A stretch of 64,000 bases of DNA. Source: a candidate division WOR-3 bacterium (GTDB lineage: Bacteria; Hydrothermota; 32-111). Each line of letters begins with the position of its first letter. The stretch's first letter is position 1. The stretch is from contig JBDRZU010000001.1 in the NCBI GenBank assembly GCA_039804105.1, positions 1,120,001 to 1,184,000 of the forward strand, written 5' to 3'. The notes under the pieces were generated by a model. The model made no database searches, had not been told where the DNA came from, and worked only from the letters and a program-made list of their open reading frames with translations. A program made the position numbers and the translations under genes. Positions 21,420-32,571 of the stretch are shown here, in pieces.

Positions 21420-21923
21420 TCACTTCTTCAACTCTTCAATAATCAGATTTTCAAGTTCCATGTCGAGTGCAGGATCATATCCAACTTGAGTTTTTACAAG
21501 GTTTCCTTTTTTATCAAAAACAACAAATGTTGGAATTCCCGATACTTGATACAAGGAAGCAAGATCCTGGTTCATGTACCCTATTTTGTATGTTATGTTC
21601 TCTTTTTCTAAAAACCCTTTCATCTGTTCAAACTTTTCATTTACATTAACACCAACTATAACTAACCCATCTTTTTCATATTTGTTATAAAGTTGAACAA
21701 GAAAAGGGATTGATCTTCTGCATGGTGGACACCATGTAGCCCAGAAATCTATCAAAACCACTTTTCCAGTTAGATTTTTAAGTTTTAAAGTATCACCGTT
21801 GACTGTTTCAATCCAGGTTTTTTCAAGAAATGTATTTTCAGTTTTGTTTGAGGGAGCACATCCTGAAAAAACCAGAAAAAGAACCAAAACAAAATATGAA
21901 AGAATAAAGATTTTTTTTCTCAT
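21420..21923 (-). CDS. TlpA/ResA-like thiol:disulfide oxidoreductase lipoprotein
   Basis: Lipobox FSGC, GKVVLIDFWATWCPPC, GIPT. Confidence 0.9.
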   Translation of the reverse strand: MRKKIFILSYFVLVLFLVFSGCAPSNKTENTFLEKTWIETVNGDTLKLKNLTGKVVLIDFWATWCPPCRRSIPFLVQLYNKYEKDGLVIVGVNVNEKFEQMKGFLEKENITYKIGYMNQDLASLYQVSGIPTFVVFDKKGNLVKTQVGYDPALDMELENLIIEELKK

Positions 21924-22156
21924 TTTATCCCCAAAAGTGCATCGATTCTTTCTTTATCAAAACCAACAACAATGTTTCCATCTATGTCTAAAACTGGAAC
22001 TCCCTGCTGCCCCGATTTTCTTATCATTTCCATCGCTGCATTTCTGTCTTTTGACACATCATAATCAGTGTAGGGAATATTTTTTGATGCAAGATACTGC
22101 TTTGCTCTTGTGCACCAGGGACATGTTGGGGTTGAATAAATTTTTACTACTGCCAT
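21920..22156 (-). CDS. Glutaredoxin-like protein (NrdH/YruB family)
   Basis: YSTPTCPWC, SGQQGVPV, VGFD. Confidence 0.9.
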   Translation of the reverse strand: MAVVKIYSTPTCPWCTRAKQYLASKNIPYTDYDVSKDRNAAMEMIRKSGQQGVPVLDIDGNIVVGFDKERIDALLGIK

Positions 22157-22157
22157 T

Positions 22158-23123
22158 TTATACCTCCTTTAAGTTTTCAATATATTTTTCAACTGATTTT
22201 GCAGCCAAAGCACCATCTGATGCAGCTGTTATAACCTGTCTAAAACTTTTTTCTATAACATCACCGGCCGCAAAAACTCCTTCAATATTTGTTTTTAAAT
22301 CTTTATCAACTTTTATATAACCATATTCGTTAAGCAAAACTTTTTTATCAAGGAAATCTGTTTTTGGAATAAGACCAATATAAACAAAAATACCATCAGT
22401 TTTAATATCAAATGTTTTTCCGGTTTTTTTATCTTTTACACTCATGGATTCAATCTTTTCTTCTCCATTTATACTCAAAATTTCAGAATTGTAATAAATT
22501 TTTATTTCAGGATTTTGAAACAATCTTTCCTGTAATATTTTTTCCGCAGTAAGATTTGGAAGATCCTGAACAAATGTTATATCCTTTGTGAATCTTAACA
22601 TAAAAAGACCTTCCTCAACAGCAGAGTTTCCTCCACCAACTATTATCACTCTTTTATCTGTAAAAAGTGCACCATCACATGTTGCACAGTAAGATATTCC
22701 TTTACCATGAAATTTATCACTTCCTGGAACATTTAATCTTCTTGGAGATGCACCTGATGCAATTATTATACTTTTTGATCTATAAATTTTGTCAGAAATG
22801 TAAACTTTCTTTTCTCTTCCTTCAAGATCGGTTTTTTCAACTTTCTCAAACAAAAATTTTACTCCAAACCTTTTTGCCTGTTCTTCCATCTTTTGAGCAA
22901 GTTCATAACCTCCGATTCCATCTGGAAAACCCGGATAATTTTCAATCGTTTCTGTAGTAGAGGATTGGCCTCCAACTATAAGTTCCTCAACCACAAGAGT
23001 GTTTAACCTTGCCCTTCCAGCATATATTGCTGCAGAAAGTCCTGCTGGTCCACCACCTATTATTATTAAATCGTATAGAATTTCAGGGGATATTTCATTA
23101 TCTTTCCTTAGATTTAAAATCAT
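22158..23123 (-). CDS. trxB: Thioredoxin-disulfide reductase
   Basis: GGGPAGL.AAIY, ENYPGF, GISYCATCDG, GGGNSA, GVFAAGDV. Confidence 0.95.
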   Translation of the reverse strand: MILNLRKDNEISPEILYDLIIIGGGPAGLSAAIYAGRARLNTLVVEELIVGGQSSTTETIENYPGFPDGIGGYELAQKMEEQAKRFGVKFLFEKVEKTDLEGREKKVYISDKIYRSKSIIIASGASPRRLNVPGSDKFHGKGISYCATCDGALFTDKRVIIVGGGNSAVEEGLFMLRFTKDITFVQDLPNLTAEKILQERLFQNPEIKIYYNSEILSINGEEKIESMSVKDKKTGKTFDIKTDGIFVYIGLIPKTDFLDKKVLLNEYGYIKVDKDLKTNIEGVFAAGDVIEKSFRQVITAASDGALAAKSVEKYIENLKEV

Positions 23124-23130
23124 AAAATCC

Positions 23131-23778
23131 TCACATCAAAGAGTTTAAAATTCTTCTTAAAAACTCTTTTTCAGGTAATCCACCCTCAAAACTCTCTTTA
23201 TCATTTATAACAACTTTTGGAACAGCGGAAACCCCATAACTATCAGCATAATCATAGAAAGTATTAGCATCTATCATATCCGCTTTTATTTTTTCATTTA
23301 TCATAGCAAACTTGTGGGCTGTTCTAACAGCAGCAGGACAGTATGGGCATGAATGTGTTACAAAAACTTTTATATGAACATCTCTATCTATCGATTTTAA
23401 ATCATCTTCAATCGATTCATCTATGGGAACAAAATCGTTTCCGATATCGTTTATATCCTCGACAAAAGATGAAAACTCATACCCTGCTGGGATACCATAA
23501 TATTTTACTCCGAGATCTTTATCAGATAGCAAAACTATTGCAGGAGCCATTTTTACATCATATTTTTTAACTTCATCAAGATCCTTTTCATAATTGTAAG
23601 TTTTTACTTTTATCCTATCGGATAGATCCTTCAACTCATCAAGAATTTCTTTTATATCATCACACATAACACATAGATTCTTATCATCTGTTCTGAAGAA
23701 AAGAATATTTACATCTTTTTTCATATTTTTGTAAAGATTTTTCAAGTAATCACGATCCTCTTTTGATAAAAGTGCCAT
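23131..23778 (-). CDS. Protein disulfide oxidoreductase (PDO/AhpF-NTD-like, two thioredoxin folds)
   Basis: CVMC and CPYC motifs, GIPAGYEFSSF, VSAVP. Confidence 0.9.
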   Translation of the reverse strand: MALLSKEDRDYLKNLYKNMKKDVNILFFRTDDKNLCVMCDDIKEILDELKDLSDRIKVKTYNYEKDLDEVKKYDVKMAPAIVLLSDKDLGVKYYGIPAGYEFSSFVEDINDIGNDFVPIDESIEDDLKSIDRDVHIKVFVTHSCPYCPAAVRTAHKFAMINEKIKADMIDANTFYDYADSYGVSAVPKVVINDKESFEGGLPEKEFLRRILNSLM

Positions 23779-23780
23779 TT

Positions 23781-24023
23781 TTACTCCTTTTCAAGTAGTT
23801 TTTTTATGTTATCAAACATTTTTTCCTTTTCTTTTCTTTCAATCTTCTCAAAAGATTTTTTACATATATTAATTACTTTTTCAAAATCCCTATACTCTTT
23901 TGAACAGATTTTGCAACTTTTTAAATGTTTTTTTATCTTTTCACAACATTCATTATCAATATCCTTATCAATATACTTGCAAAGATTTTTCAACACAAAA
24001 TCACATTCTTTTTTAGATTTCAT
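23781..24023 (-). CDS. zf-HC2 (ZAS) anti-sigma factor, soluble
   Basis: C...L..YID and HLKSCKIC (HxxxCxxC); immediately follows the ECF sigma. Confidence 0.8.
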   Translation of the reverse strand: MKSKKECDFVLKNLCKYIDKDIDNECCEKIKKHLKSCKICSKEYRDFEKVINICKKSFEKIERKEKEKMFDNIKKLLEKE

Positions 24024-24546
24024 CTTTTATTAAATCCTTTAAAATTTTTCTTGCTCTATGTAATCTTGTTTTCACTGTACTTTCAGAAATTCTTAACATC
24101 TTTTTTATCTCTTGTATCGATAATCCATCTATATCTTTTAACACTATCACCTCTCTATATTTATAAGGTAATTTTTTCAAACCTTTATTTACTACCTCTT
24201 TTAATCTTCTTACTCTTTTTTCTTCATTGATTTTTTCCTCATCAGAGAAAATTTCTTCATTTTCAAGATCTACATACCTTTTTTCATTTCTGTACCTTTT
24301 TCTTACTTCATTCAAAGAAATTGAAATTATATAGGTTAAAAGAGACGATTCCCCTTTGAACTGTCTATGATTCTTAAACAATTTGTAGAATGTTGTTTGA
24401 ACAATATCTAACGCATCATCATGGTTTAAACCAAGTTTTAAAACGTTGTTGTAAATTTTATCAGAGTAAAGTTTAAATATTTCAGAGAACGCTTTCGTAT
24501 CACCTTTTTTAAAGTTCTCAATCAATTCTTTATCTATTAGATCCAT
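24013..24546 (-). CDS. ECF RNA polymerase sigma factor
   Basis: GDTKAF, DIVQTTF, FKGESS..TY, LP.KYREVIVL, STVKTRLHRAR. Confidence 0.92.
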   Translation of the reverse strand: MDLIDKELIENFKKGDTKAFSEIFKLYSDKIYNNVLKLGLNHDDALDIVQTTFYKLFKNHRQFKGESSLLTYIISISLNEVRKRYRNEKRYVDLENEEIFSDEEKINEEKRVRRLKEVVNKGLKKLPYKYREVIVLKDIDGLSIQEIKKMLRISESTVKTRLHRARKILKDLIKDEI

Positions 24547-24562
24547 AAAGTTTCAAAAAGTT

Positions 24563-24994
24563 TCAAAAAAAGAATGTGAAATATCCCCTTATTTTGTTTT
24601 TGTACCATTTTTCGGAAATTTTATCTATTGTAACACCTTTTAATGTTGAAGCATGTATAAATTTATTATTCCCAATTAGAATTCCAACATGTAAAGGATC
24701 ATCAAAGGTTACAATATCCCCTATTTTAGGATCTTTTACTCTTTTTCCAGCAATCTCCATTTCAGAAACCGTTCTTGGTATAATTATTCCGTTTTTTTTA
24801 TAAATATATTGAACAAAACCGGAACAATCAAAACCTGAAGGATCTGTTCCTCCATATCTATATTTTACCCCTAAATATTTTTTTGCATCAGAAACAATAT
24901 TTTTTCTTACGGTTGAGATTCCCCTCTTTTGAGGGGAAACACAACCTGAAATAAATATTAAAAATACTAAAAAGGAAAGAAAAATTTTTCTCAT
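24563..24994 (-). CDS. NlpC/P60 (C40) peptidase lipoprotein
   Basis: Lipobox ISGC, YRYGG..PSGFDCSGF, HVGI, FIHAS. Confidence 0.92.
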   Translation of the reverse strand: MRKIFLSFLVFLIFISGCVSPQKRGISTVRKNIVSDAKKYLGVKYRYGGTDPSGFDCSGFVQYIYKKNGIIIPRTVSEMEIAGKRVKDPKIGDIVTFDDPLHVGILIGNNKFIHASTLKGVTIDKISEKWYKNKIRGYFTFFF

Positions 24995-25443
24995 ATTTTT
25001 TTCAGTGTAATTATAAAAAAACTGAAAATAACATATACAAAGAACAAAAATAGAACAGCATAAAATGGAAAAAAGAAATTAGCTTCAAGAGCGATCAAAC
25101 TATCTGGTGGAGCAACTTTGTTTCTTATATCATTGTAAAGCAAAAGCATCGAAGCAATTCCTGCTATAGAAAAAATGGAAGTTATGATCAAAGATATTTT
25201 ATTATGTATAAATGAAAATATCAAAGATAAAAGAGCAAGTATTAAAACCAAAGATGCATATTTGTTTGGCTCAGTTTTTTGCTCTTCTCCACCATATTCT
25301 ATCGTTTTGCCACCTGTTGCAAGTTCAAATCCGGTAAACTCATACATTTTTTGGTTGTTACATTTAACATCAAAAAAGGGGAAAAAGAAAAGAATGATTA
25401 TTATAATAAAAACCATTCCCCTTAATTTTACTATCTCTTTCAT
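24991..25443 (-). CDS. Hypothetical membrane protein
   Basis: Four hydrophobic segments, FFFPF...C...TGFELA; likely start at 25443. Confidence 0.6.
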   Translation of the reverse strand: MKEIVKLRGMVFIIIIILFFFPFFDVKCNNQKMYEFTGFELATGGKTIEYGGEEQKTEPNKYASLVLILALLSLIFSFIHNKISLIITSIFSIAGIASMLLLYNDIRNKVAPPDSLIALEANFFFPFYAVLFLFFVYVIFSFFIITLKKI

Positions 25444-25444
25444 A

Positions 25445-25951
25445 TTATTTCCTTGGTATATATTTAAAGAATACCTCAGCATCATAGGTAGTGCTATCTT
25501 CATCGACTTTTATAGAGTCAACAAGCATAAAATACTCTTTTTGATCAGGAGTTGAAATCACATAGTAAACATGATCCTTTTTTGCTGAAAGATCCATCAC
25601 AAATGAATCTGGAACTAGTTGACTGTCATCAAGTTTTAAAGCATCATCAAGAGAAATTATCCCTAAATCCATTATAAAAGAGAAAGAATCTGGTGAGGAG
25701 ATGTTTAACATTATTGTTGGCATAGGATCTCCATTCAGGTCGTACCATGGCTCAAGGATTATGTCTATATAACTTTCAAGTGTTCCTGTTCTTTCAACTT
25801 CACCTTTTGAATCGAAATCGAAATCAACTGGATTTTTCCCCGTTTTTCCATAAAAACCAATTTTACCTGTCTTAATTGGATTCAAAAAAGGAAGCAATGA
25901 ACAGGATAATAACAAAAGAACAAATACTGAAAAAATTAAAAATTTTTTCAT
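25445..25951 (-). CDS. Hypothetical lipoprotein
   Basis: AGGAG SD, lipobox LLSC. Confidence 0.65.
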   Translation of the reverse strand: MKKFLIFSVFVLLLLSCSLLPFLNPIKTGKIGFYGKTGKNPVDFDFDSKGEVERTGTLESYIDIILEPWYDLNGDPMPTIMLNISSPDSFSFIMDLGIISLDDALKLDDSQLVPDSFVMDLSAKKDHVYYVISTPDQKEYFMLVDSIKVDEDSTTYDAEVFFKYIPRK

Positions 25952-26075
25952 AAAAACTCCTTTTTGAATTTTCCCATTTTTTCAGAATATACTAAAAAAA
26001 AGTTGTTGTCAACTTTTAAAAAAACGGGTTGAAATTTATAAAAAATTTTTTAAAATACAATTAAAAAGGAGGATT

Positions 26076-26465
26076 ATGTTATTTTTTGAATGGAATGATA
26101 ATCTTAAAACTGGAAACGAAAAAATTGATGAACAGCACAAAAAACTGATTGAAATGATAAATTTACTTTACACTTCAATGAAAAAAGGTGAAGGGAAAAA
26201 TGTTTTAGAAAAACTTTTAAAAGAACTTTTGGATTATACACAATACCATTTCGAAACTGAAGAAAAATTTTTTAATAATATCAAAGAAAAAAATTTTGAT
26301 AAACATATAAAGGAACACAACAATTTTACATTTAAAATTAAAGAATTCAAAATAAGATTTGAATCTGGAGAAAAATTTTTTACCATAGAACTTTTGAATT
26401 TCTTGAAAGACTGGCTTTTAAATCATATCAGAAAGGTTGATATAGAGACATTCAAAAATATTTAG
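26076..26465 (+). CDS. Bacteriohemerythrin
   Basis: W....TG...IDEQHKKL, YTQYHF..EE, H..EH, WL.NHI...D. Confidence 0.92.
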   Translation: MLFFEWNDNLKTGNEKIDEQHKKLIEMINLLYTSMKKGEGKNVLEKLLKELLDYTQYHFETEEKFFNNIKEKNFDKHIKEHNNFTFKIKEFKIRFESGEKFFTIELLNFLKDWLLNHIRKVDIETFKNI

Positions 26466-27297
26466 TCACTTTTTTATCTGCAGGGTATCTTTTATAAAAT
26501 AGAAGGTATCTTTTTCATCAAAAATAATACCTCCAAAAGAACCTATTTTAAAAAATTTTGTAACTTGTGGACCTGATCCAACTTTAATTCTTTCGGTCTC
26601 TATCGAACCACCATAAATCCTTGTGCTATCCTTTTTTATCTTATCCACAAAGAAAAAACCTCTTGTAGTTTCATTGTAATTGTTATAGAAATTTGAAAAA
26701 AATGATGTTGAAATATAATTTATGTATGGAAGAAGAGTGTACCCTGTTATTATGTTTGAAGGATAAGAAAATCTTTCTGTGTTTAACAGGTTCATTGCAA
26801 AAAGAATCGATCTTCTGTCCCAATTTTTTATTGAAAGTTTTCCAGATATTTCACTATTTTGTAACTCCACAAAAGTTGTTTCTGGAGTATCGGATATAAG
26901 ATCGTTTATATAGCACATCGCTGCAAACAGAGTGTATTTTTTTTCCATAAATAGAAAAATTATCGAGATGATCAAAAAGAAGAATTTTGTCAGGTTTATC
27001 TATTATAAAAATTGATTTATTAAGATTATTTGCACCAATATTTTATGCAAGCATTCCTTTTATATTTACTATTTTTATCTTTTCGGGAATTTTTACACTA
27101 TCAAAATCGAGTGTTCCTAAAACTAAAATGGATGCTATCGAATCATTTTTCTCTTCAAAAAACTTTAATGCCTTATTTATCGTATTAAACATAGAATCGT
27201 TTCTTGAAACAAGAATAATATCTTTCGAAGAAAAATTTTGTGGGTTTAACGATAAAAAGATTATAAGATAACAAAAAATTAAAAAAATTTTTTTCAT
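26466..27297 (-). pseudogene. Probable disrupted gene for an exported protein (in-frame TAA at 27043-27045 plus a one-base frameshift in an A8 tract at 26937-26944)
   Basis: Past the TAA of ORF 27043..27297 the frame stays open (NIGANNLNKSIFIIDKPDKILLFDHLDNFSIYGKK). Removing one A joins it to ORF 26466..26975 (YTLFAAM...). Confidence 0.55.
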
Positions 27298-27309
27298 AAT
27301 CTAAAAGAT

Positions 27310-27999
27310 TTAATTTTTAAAACTCTGAGAATAGCCAAAACCAAACCAGGAAAAAACTCCAAAGTATTCAGGATAGTTTAAATATGCTTCACCAATGTAA
27401 ACTTTTTCTCTTTTTGATGTCAAAAATAAATCTATAAAAGGTATATCTATGAAGAGGTGTTTAAAAAAGGTGAATCTGAACTTACTTATCAAATCTATAC
27501 TTGCTCTTTTGTATCTTATATTATCATTGTTTTCAAGATTTTTGTAATACCAATCGTTGTAACCGATTCCAAAAGAATTTATAAAATTGATTTTCAAAAA
27601 TGAAAACTCTTTTTCAAAAGTGTAATGATCTATCAACAACCTTGAAACAAAAAGTGTGCCTATCAAAGAATCCCTGTCTCCTTCGATAAAGGGGATCGCA
27701 TTTGAATCCGCAAGATGTTTCTGACTAAGTTGAACATTTATCAAAATTGTTGATAATCCAAATTTTTCAGATAAAAACTGTTTATTAAATCTTGCTCCAG
27801 CAATAAGTGTATAGTTTGAAACTCCAAGATTTTTAAAATCGTTCTGCAAAAGTTCAGATAGTTCAAATCCGATATAAAAATTATTTATATAAGATGAAAA
27901 ACTTGATACCCACACGAACATTAAAAATATAAAAAAAAGTAACTTTATTACTTTCGGGGACGGTGCTTGACTTTTTGACTTTTTTTTCAACAATAGCAT
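27310..27999 (-). CDS. Hypothetical exported/outer-membrane protein; start uncertain
   Basis: Signal-like KLLFFIFLMFVWVSSFS, beta-strand pattern. The repeat at 27951-27987 reads through in frame as KSQAPSP. Confidence 0.55.
   Translation of the reverse strand: MLLLKKKSKSQAPSPKVIKLLFFIFLMFVWVSSFSSYINNFYIGFELSELLQNDFKNLGVSNYTLIAGARFNKQFLSEKFGLSTILINVQLSQKHLADSNAIPFIEGDRDSLIGTLFVSRLLIDHYTFEKEFSFLKINFINSFGIGYNDWYYKNLENNDNIRYKRASIDLISKFRFTFFKHLFIDIPFIDLFLTSKREKVYIGEAYLNYPEYFGVFSWFGFGYSQSFKN
27951..27987 (+). repeat. Copy 1 of the dispersed GGGGACGGTGCTTGACTTTTTGAC repeat
   Basis: 27951-27979 is identical to 63539-63567 (29 nt); 36/37 over the extended match. Confidence 0.9.
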
Positions 28000-28009
28000 A
28001 AAAAAATTA

Positions 28010-28082
28010 TGGAGGTAGTCGGATTCGAACCGACGACCCCATGCTTGCAAAGCATGTGCTCTCCCAACTGAGCTATACCCCC
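28010..28082 (-). tRNA. tRNA-Ala(TGC), CCA not encoded
   Basis: GGGGGTATAGCTCAGTTGGGAGAGCACATGCTTTGCAAGCATGGGGTCGTCGGTTCGAATCCGACTACCTCCA; G3:U70 pair. Confidence 0.96.
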
Positions 28083-29249
28083 TTAAAATTCAAAACCAGA
28101 ATATGAAAGACCAAAGTTCATCGAGATATTTTCTATCTCTTTTCCTGAAATTATAAATGGAATATTAATCAAATTCTTTGAAAAATCAAGAGATATTTTT
28201 AAATTTTCAAATTTAAATGTTAATCCAATCTTTCCATCATAACTAAAATTCGAATTTTTTATTGATGGATTTAAATTAGGGGAAAAATCTTCCACAACAT
28301 TATTAAATGAACCAGAAAAACCAACATTCAGATCAAGAGATTGTGTTATATAAAAATTTGAACCTATAGAAACTTTTGGGAAATATGTAAAAGTTTTTCT
28401 TGAATTGATCTCAGCAGATGAAAAATAGATCGTTTTTGAATGATAAACAACTTTTTTATATTCACCGGAAATATATGTGTTGTGATAGTTGAACGATTCA
28501 ATACCTGCAAAAATATTGAAAAGCAATGTATCGACCCGATCTATATAAACATCTCCAGAAACATTCCCACTTTCTATTTCTTGATATCCGAACGATTTGT
28601 TTTTATATGTGAAAAGTATACCAATAAAATTTTCATTAAATTTCTGTTTTATCCTCAGATCAGCCCCATAACCAAACGGATTTGATGTTTTTGTTATAGT
28701 TGATAATTTTTCTGAACTTATTGAAATTAAACTTATATTTCCTGCAAGATCAATATCGATTCCATCGAAGAAAAGAAATGATAAAGATGGAGAGATTTTA
28801 AAATCTGATAAAGAAATTTTTGTATTTGAAAATGGAGAGTTTATATCAGTATAATTTTCATCAAAATAAAAAAATGTAAAACCGGTTCCAGCATTGATCC
28901 TATCAAAATTTTTCGCAAAGAACAAAGAATAGTTTACAGGTTTAATAATTTTGTTAAAATTTGTGAAAATGAATTTATCTCTCAAAGAATCACTATAAAA
29001 TTCAATACCAAAACCAATTCTTCCAGTTTGGTTTTCAAAAAAACAATAGGAAAATATACCACCATTGTAAAAATCAAATGAAAGATTGCTTTTAAAAATT
29101 TCTGTCTGGAGATCTGTTGTGATAAATTTTGAAAAGGTTATTGGATCTTTTGAAATTAGGGGAGAGATTTGTAGAGTTGCCCACTCTGTAAGGGAAGAAT
29201 TTAAGGTTAAAAATACAAGGAAAAGGAGTATAAAAATATTTTTTTTCAT
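28083..29249 (-). CDS. Probable outer-membrane beta-barrel protein lying between the spacer tRNAs
   Basis: AAGGAAGG SD, ATG at 29249, signal peptide, alternating beta strands, C-terminal Phe (YSGFEF); 388 aa. Confidence 0.7.
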   Translation of the reverse strand: MKKNIFILLFLVFLTLNSSLTEWATLQISPLISKDPITFSKFITTDLQTEIFKSNLSFDFYNGGIFSYCFFENQTGRIGFGIEFYSDSLRDKFIFTNFNKIIKPVNYSLFFAKNFDRINAGTGFTFFYFDENYTDINSPFSNTKISLSDFKISPSLSFLFFDGIDIDLAGNISLISISSEKLSTITKTSNPFGYGADLRIKQKFNENFIGILFTYKNKSFGYQEIESGNVSGDVYIDRVDTLLFNIFAGIESFNYHNTYISGEYKKVVYHSKTIYFSSAEINSRKTFTYFPKVSIGSNFYITQSLDLNVGFSGSFNNVVEDFSPNLNPSIKNSNFSYDGKIGLTFKFENLKISLDFSKNLINIPFIISGKEIENISMNFGLSYSGFEF

Positions 29250-29266
29250 TTTACCTTCCTTAAATA

Positions 29267-29343
<77 letters not shown>

Positions 29344-29404
29344 AGTTTATAAAAAAAATGTGCACTACCACCAATTTTCGATTTCTTTTTACAGAAATCC
29401 CTTT

Positions 29405-30947
<1,543 letters not shown>

Positions 30948-30981
30948 TTAATTTTTTTCGAATTAGGTTTTTAGTTTTGGA

Positions 30982-31143
30982 GTGGTAGTGCACATAAATT
31001 TTCAAAGATCATTAATTTCTATTTTTAAAAGGATAAAAATTATATCAAAATTTTTCTATTTGTCAAGAGCTTTTTTCTTTTCTTTTTTAAGATCAATTTT
31101 TATCAGGTAAAAAGAAATATACACAAAAAAATTTTTTTGTCAA
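30982..31143 (-). promoter_or_regulatory. rRNA leader: tandem sigma70 promoters, boxA-like element and 16S processing-stem arm
   Basis: TTGACA-16-TATATT (31143-31116) and TTGACA-16-TATAAT (31066-31039); TGATCTTTGAAAA near 31011-30999; TGGTAGTGCACAT (30983-30995) is complementary to ATGTGCACTACCA (29358-29370). Confidence 0.75.
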
Positions 31144-31151
31144 GAGCAAAA

Positions 31152-31322
31152 TTATTTTTCTTCTTTTTCTGCTTCTTCAACGAATTTTTTTATATCTTCT
31201 ATCGCTTCAAGTATTAATTTTGCTTTTGATAATCCAAACGAAAAAGGAAATCTATCGTTTTCATCTCTTCTTAGTACCAAAACTTTTTTTCCTCTGTATT
31301 CTGTAATTTCTATTTTTGCCAT
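31152..31322 (-). CDS. Small hypothetical protein (56 aa), missed by the ORF track
   Basis: AGGAG SD then MAKIEITEYRGKKVLVLRRDENDRFPFSFGLSKAKLILEAIEDIKKFVEEAEKEEK*. Confidence 0.75.
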   Translation of the reverse strand: MAKIEITEYRGKKVLVLRRDENDRFPFSFGLSKAKLILEAIEDIKKFVEEAEKEEK

Positions 31323-31445
31323 AAAAACTCCTTTTATGTTATAATATATTTTTTTTACTATTTGTCAATATAAAAAATTAATTAATCCATTGACAAATAT
31401 TAAAAATTTTATAATATAATAAAATAATACATTTAAGGAGGAACA

Positions 31446-31763
31446 ATGGATAAAAAATTCTGTCCAAGTTGTGGAAAGGAACTTGATGCAAGAGCAACGA
31501 TGTGTCCAAATTGCGGAGCACCACAACCTGGAATAAAAGATTCAACAAAAGATTGTGGAAAAAATAAAATTACTGCTGGAATTTTAGCTATTTTACTTGG
31601 AGGATTTGGAGTACATAAATTTTACTTGGGTCAAATTGGGTGGGGAATCGTTTACCTTCTCTTTTGTTGGACTGGAATTCCAGAAATAATAGGATTGATA
31701 GAAGGTATAATTTACTTAACTATGAATGATCAAGCATTCTGTGAAAAATATGGGAAAAAATAG
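31446..31763 (+). CDS. Zinc-ribbon + TM2 domain protein
   Basis: FCPSCG...CPNCG; KNKITAGILAILLGGFGVHKFYLG. Confidence 0.9.
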   Translation: MDKKFCPSCGKELDARATMCPNCGAPQPGIKDSTKDCGKNKITAGILAILLGGFGVHKFYLGQIGWGIVYLLFCWTGIPEIIGLIEGIIYLTMNDQAFCEKYGKK

Positions 31764-32552
31764 TTAACTTTTATTTCTAAACAACTTTATTTCATTCAAA
31801 ATTGCAATAAAAGTTAAAAATATTATTGACAAAATTGCTGATAAAACTACATAAGAATTTCTAAGATTTGATATTTGTTGTTTTATTATTATTCCAATAT
31901 AAGCCCAGATAAAAACAAGGGAAAAAATAAGATCATTATTTTTCAAAATCATAAAAATCGCAAGAAAGAGTGATGCAATTATCATCAAAACTGTCCATAA
32001 GATTTCATATTTTTCAAACAAATATAAATTTAAACTTCCAAGATAGGACGAAATATTTGCAATCGTTGCAACTGAAATCCATGCAAGATATATACTAACT
32101 GGAGTTTTTACAAAAACCAAACTTTCACTAAAATCTTTTTTTCCGATTCCAAGTTTTATGTACAGAATTATCAAAGTTACAAGTAACAATATGATTACAA
32201 TAACAGATAGTAACAATCTTTCGTAATGCCAGCAGAAAAGCCATAAAACATTGAAAACCGAGGAAAGAAAAAATAAAAATCCAATTTTTTCAATTAAAAA
32301 TTTCCTTCTATCATCCTTTGAAAAAATAACAAAAAATTGGTTTAAAACAAACATGGTTAAAAGAATATATATTATAATCCATATCGAAAATGTTACATTG
32401 TAGGGAACTATCAAAGCAGGATATTTGTCTGAAACATCTTGAGGTCTTTTTGAGTTCAATGGAAGATTAACAGAAATAAAATTGAAAAATATCATTAATA
32501 TAAAAGATAAAAAATTTAAAATAGCAAGAAAAAAAATTTTAAAATTCTTCAT
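31764..32552 (-). CDS. TspO/MBR-related (tryptophan-rich sensory) membrane protein
   Basis: VSDKYP..IVP...TFSIW..IY, N..WLFCW, SIYLAWISVATIAN, FIWA. Confidence 0.7.
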   Translation of the reverse strand: MKNFKIFFLAILNFLSFILMIFFNFISVNLPLNSKRPQDVSDKYPALIVPYNVTFSIWIIIYILLTMFVLNQFFVIFSKDDRRKFLIEKIGFLFFLSSVFNVLWLFCWHYERLLLSVIVIILLLVTLIILYIKLGIGKKDFSESLVFVKTPVSIYLAWISVATIANISSYLGSLNLYLFEKYEILWTVLMIIASLFLAIFMILKNNDLIFSLVFIWAYIGIIIKQQISNLRNSYVVLSAILSIIFLTFIAILNEIKLFRNKS

Positions 32553-32571
32553 TCCTTCCCCCTATATTAAA

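Noticed and set aside
21420..23778. Selenocysteine or stop-codon recoding in the redox proteins
   Set aside because: All CxxC motifs are ordinary Cys in uninterrupted ORFs, and TGA acts as a normal stop throughout the window.
28000..28050. N-terminal extensions of ORFs 27310..28050 and 28083..29297
   Set aside because: They run through tRNA-Ala and tRNA-Ile respectively; downstream starts are more plausible.
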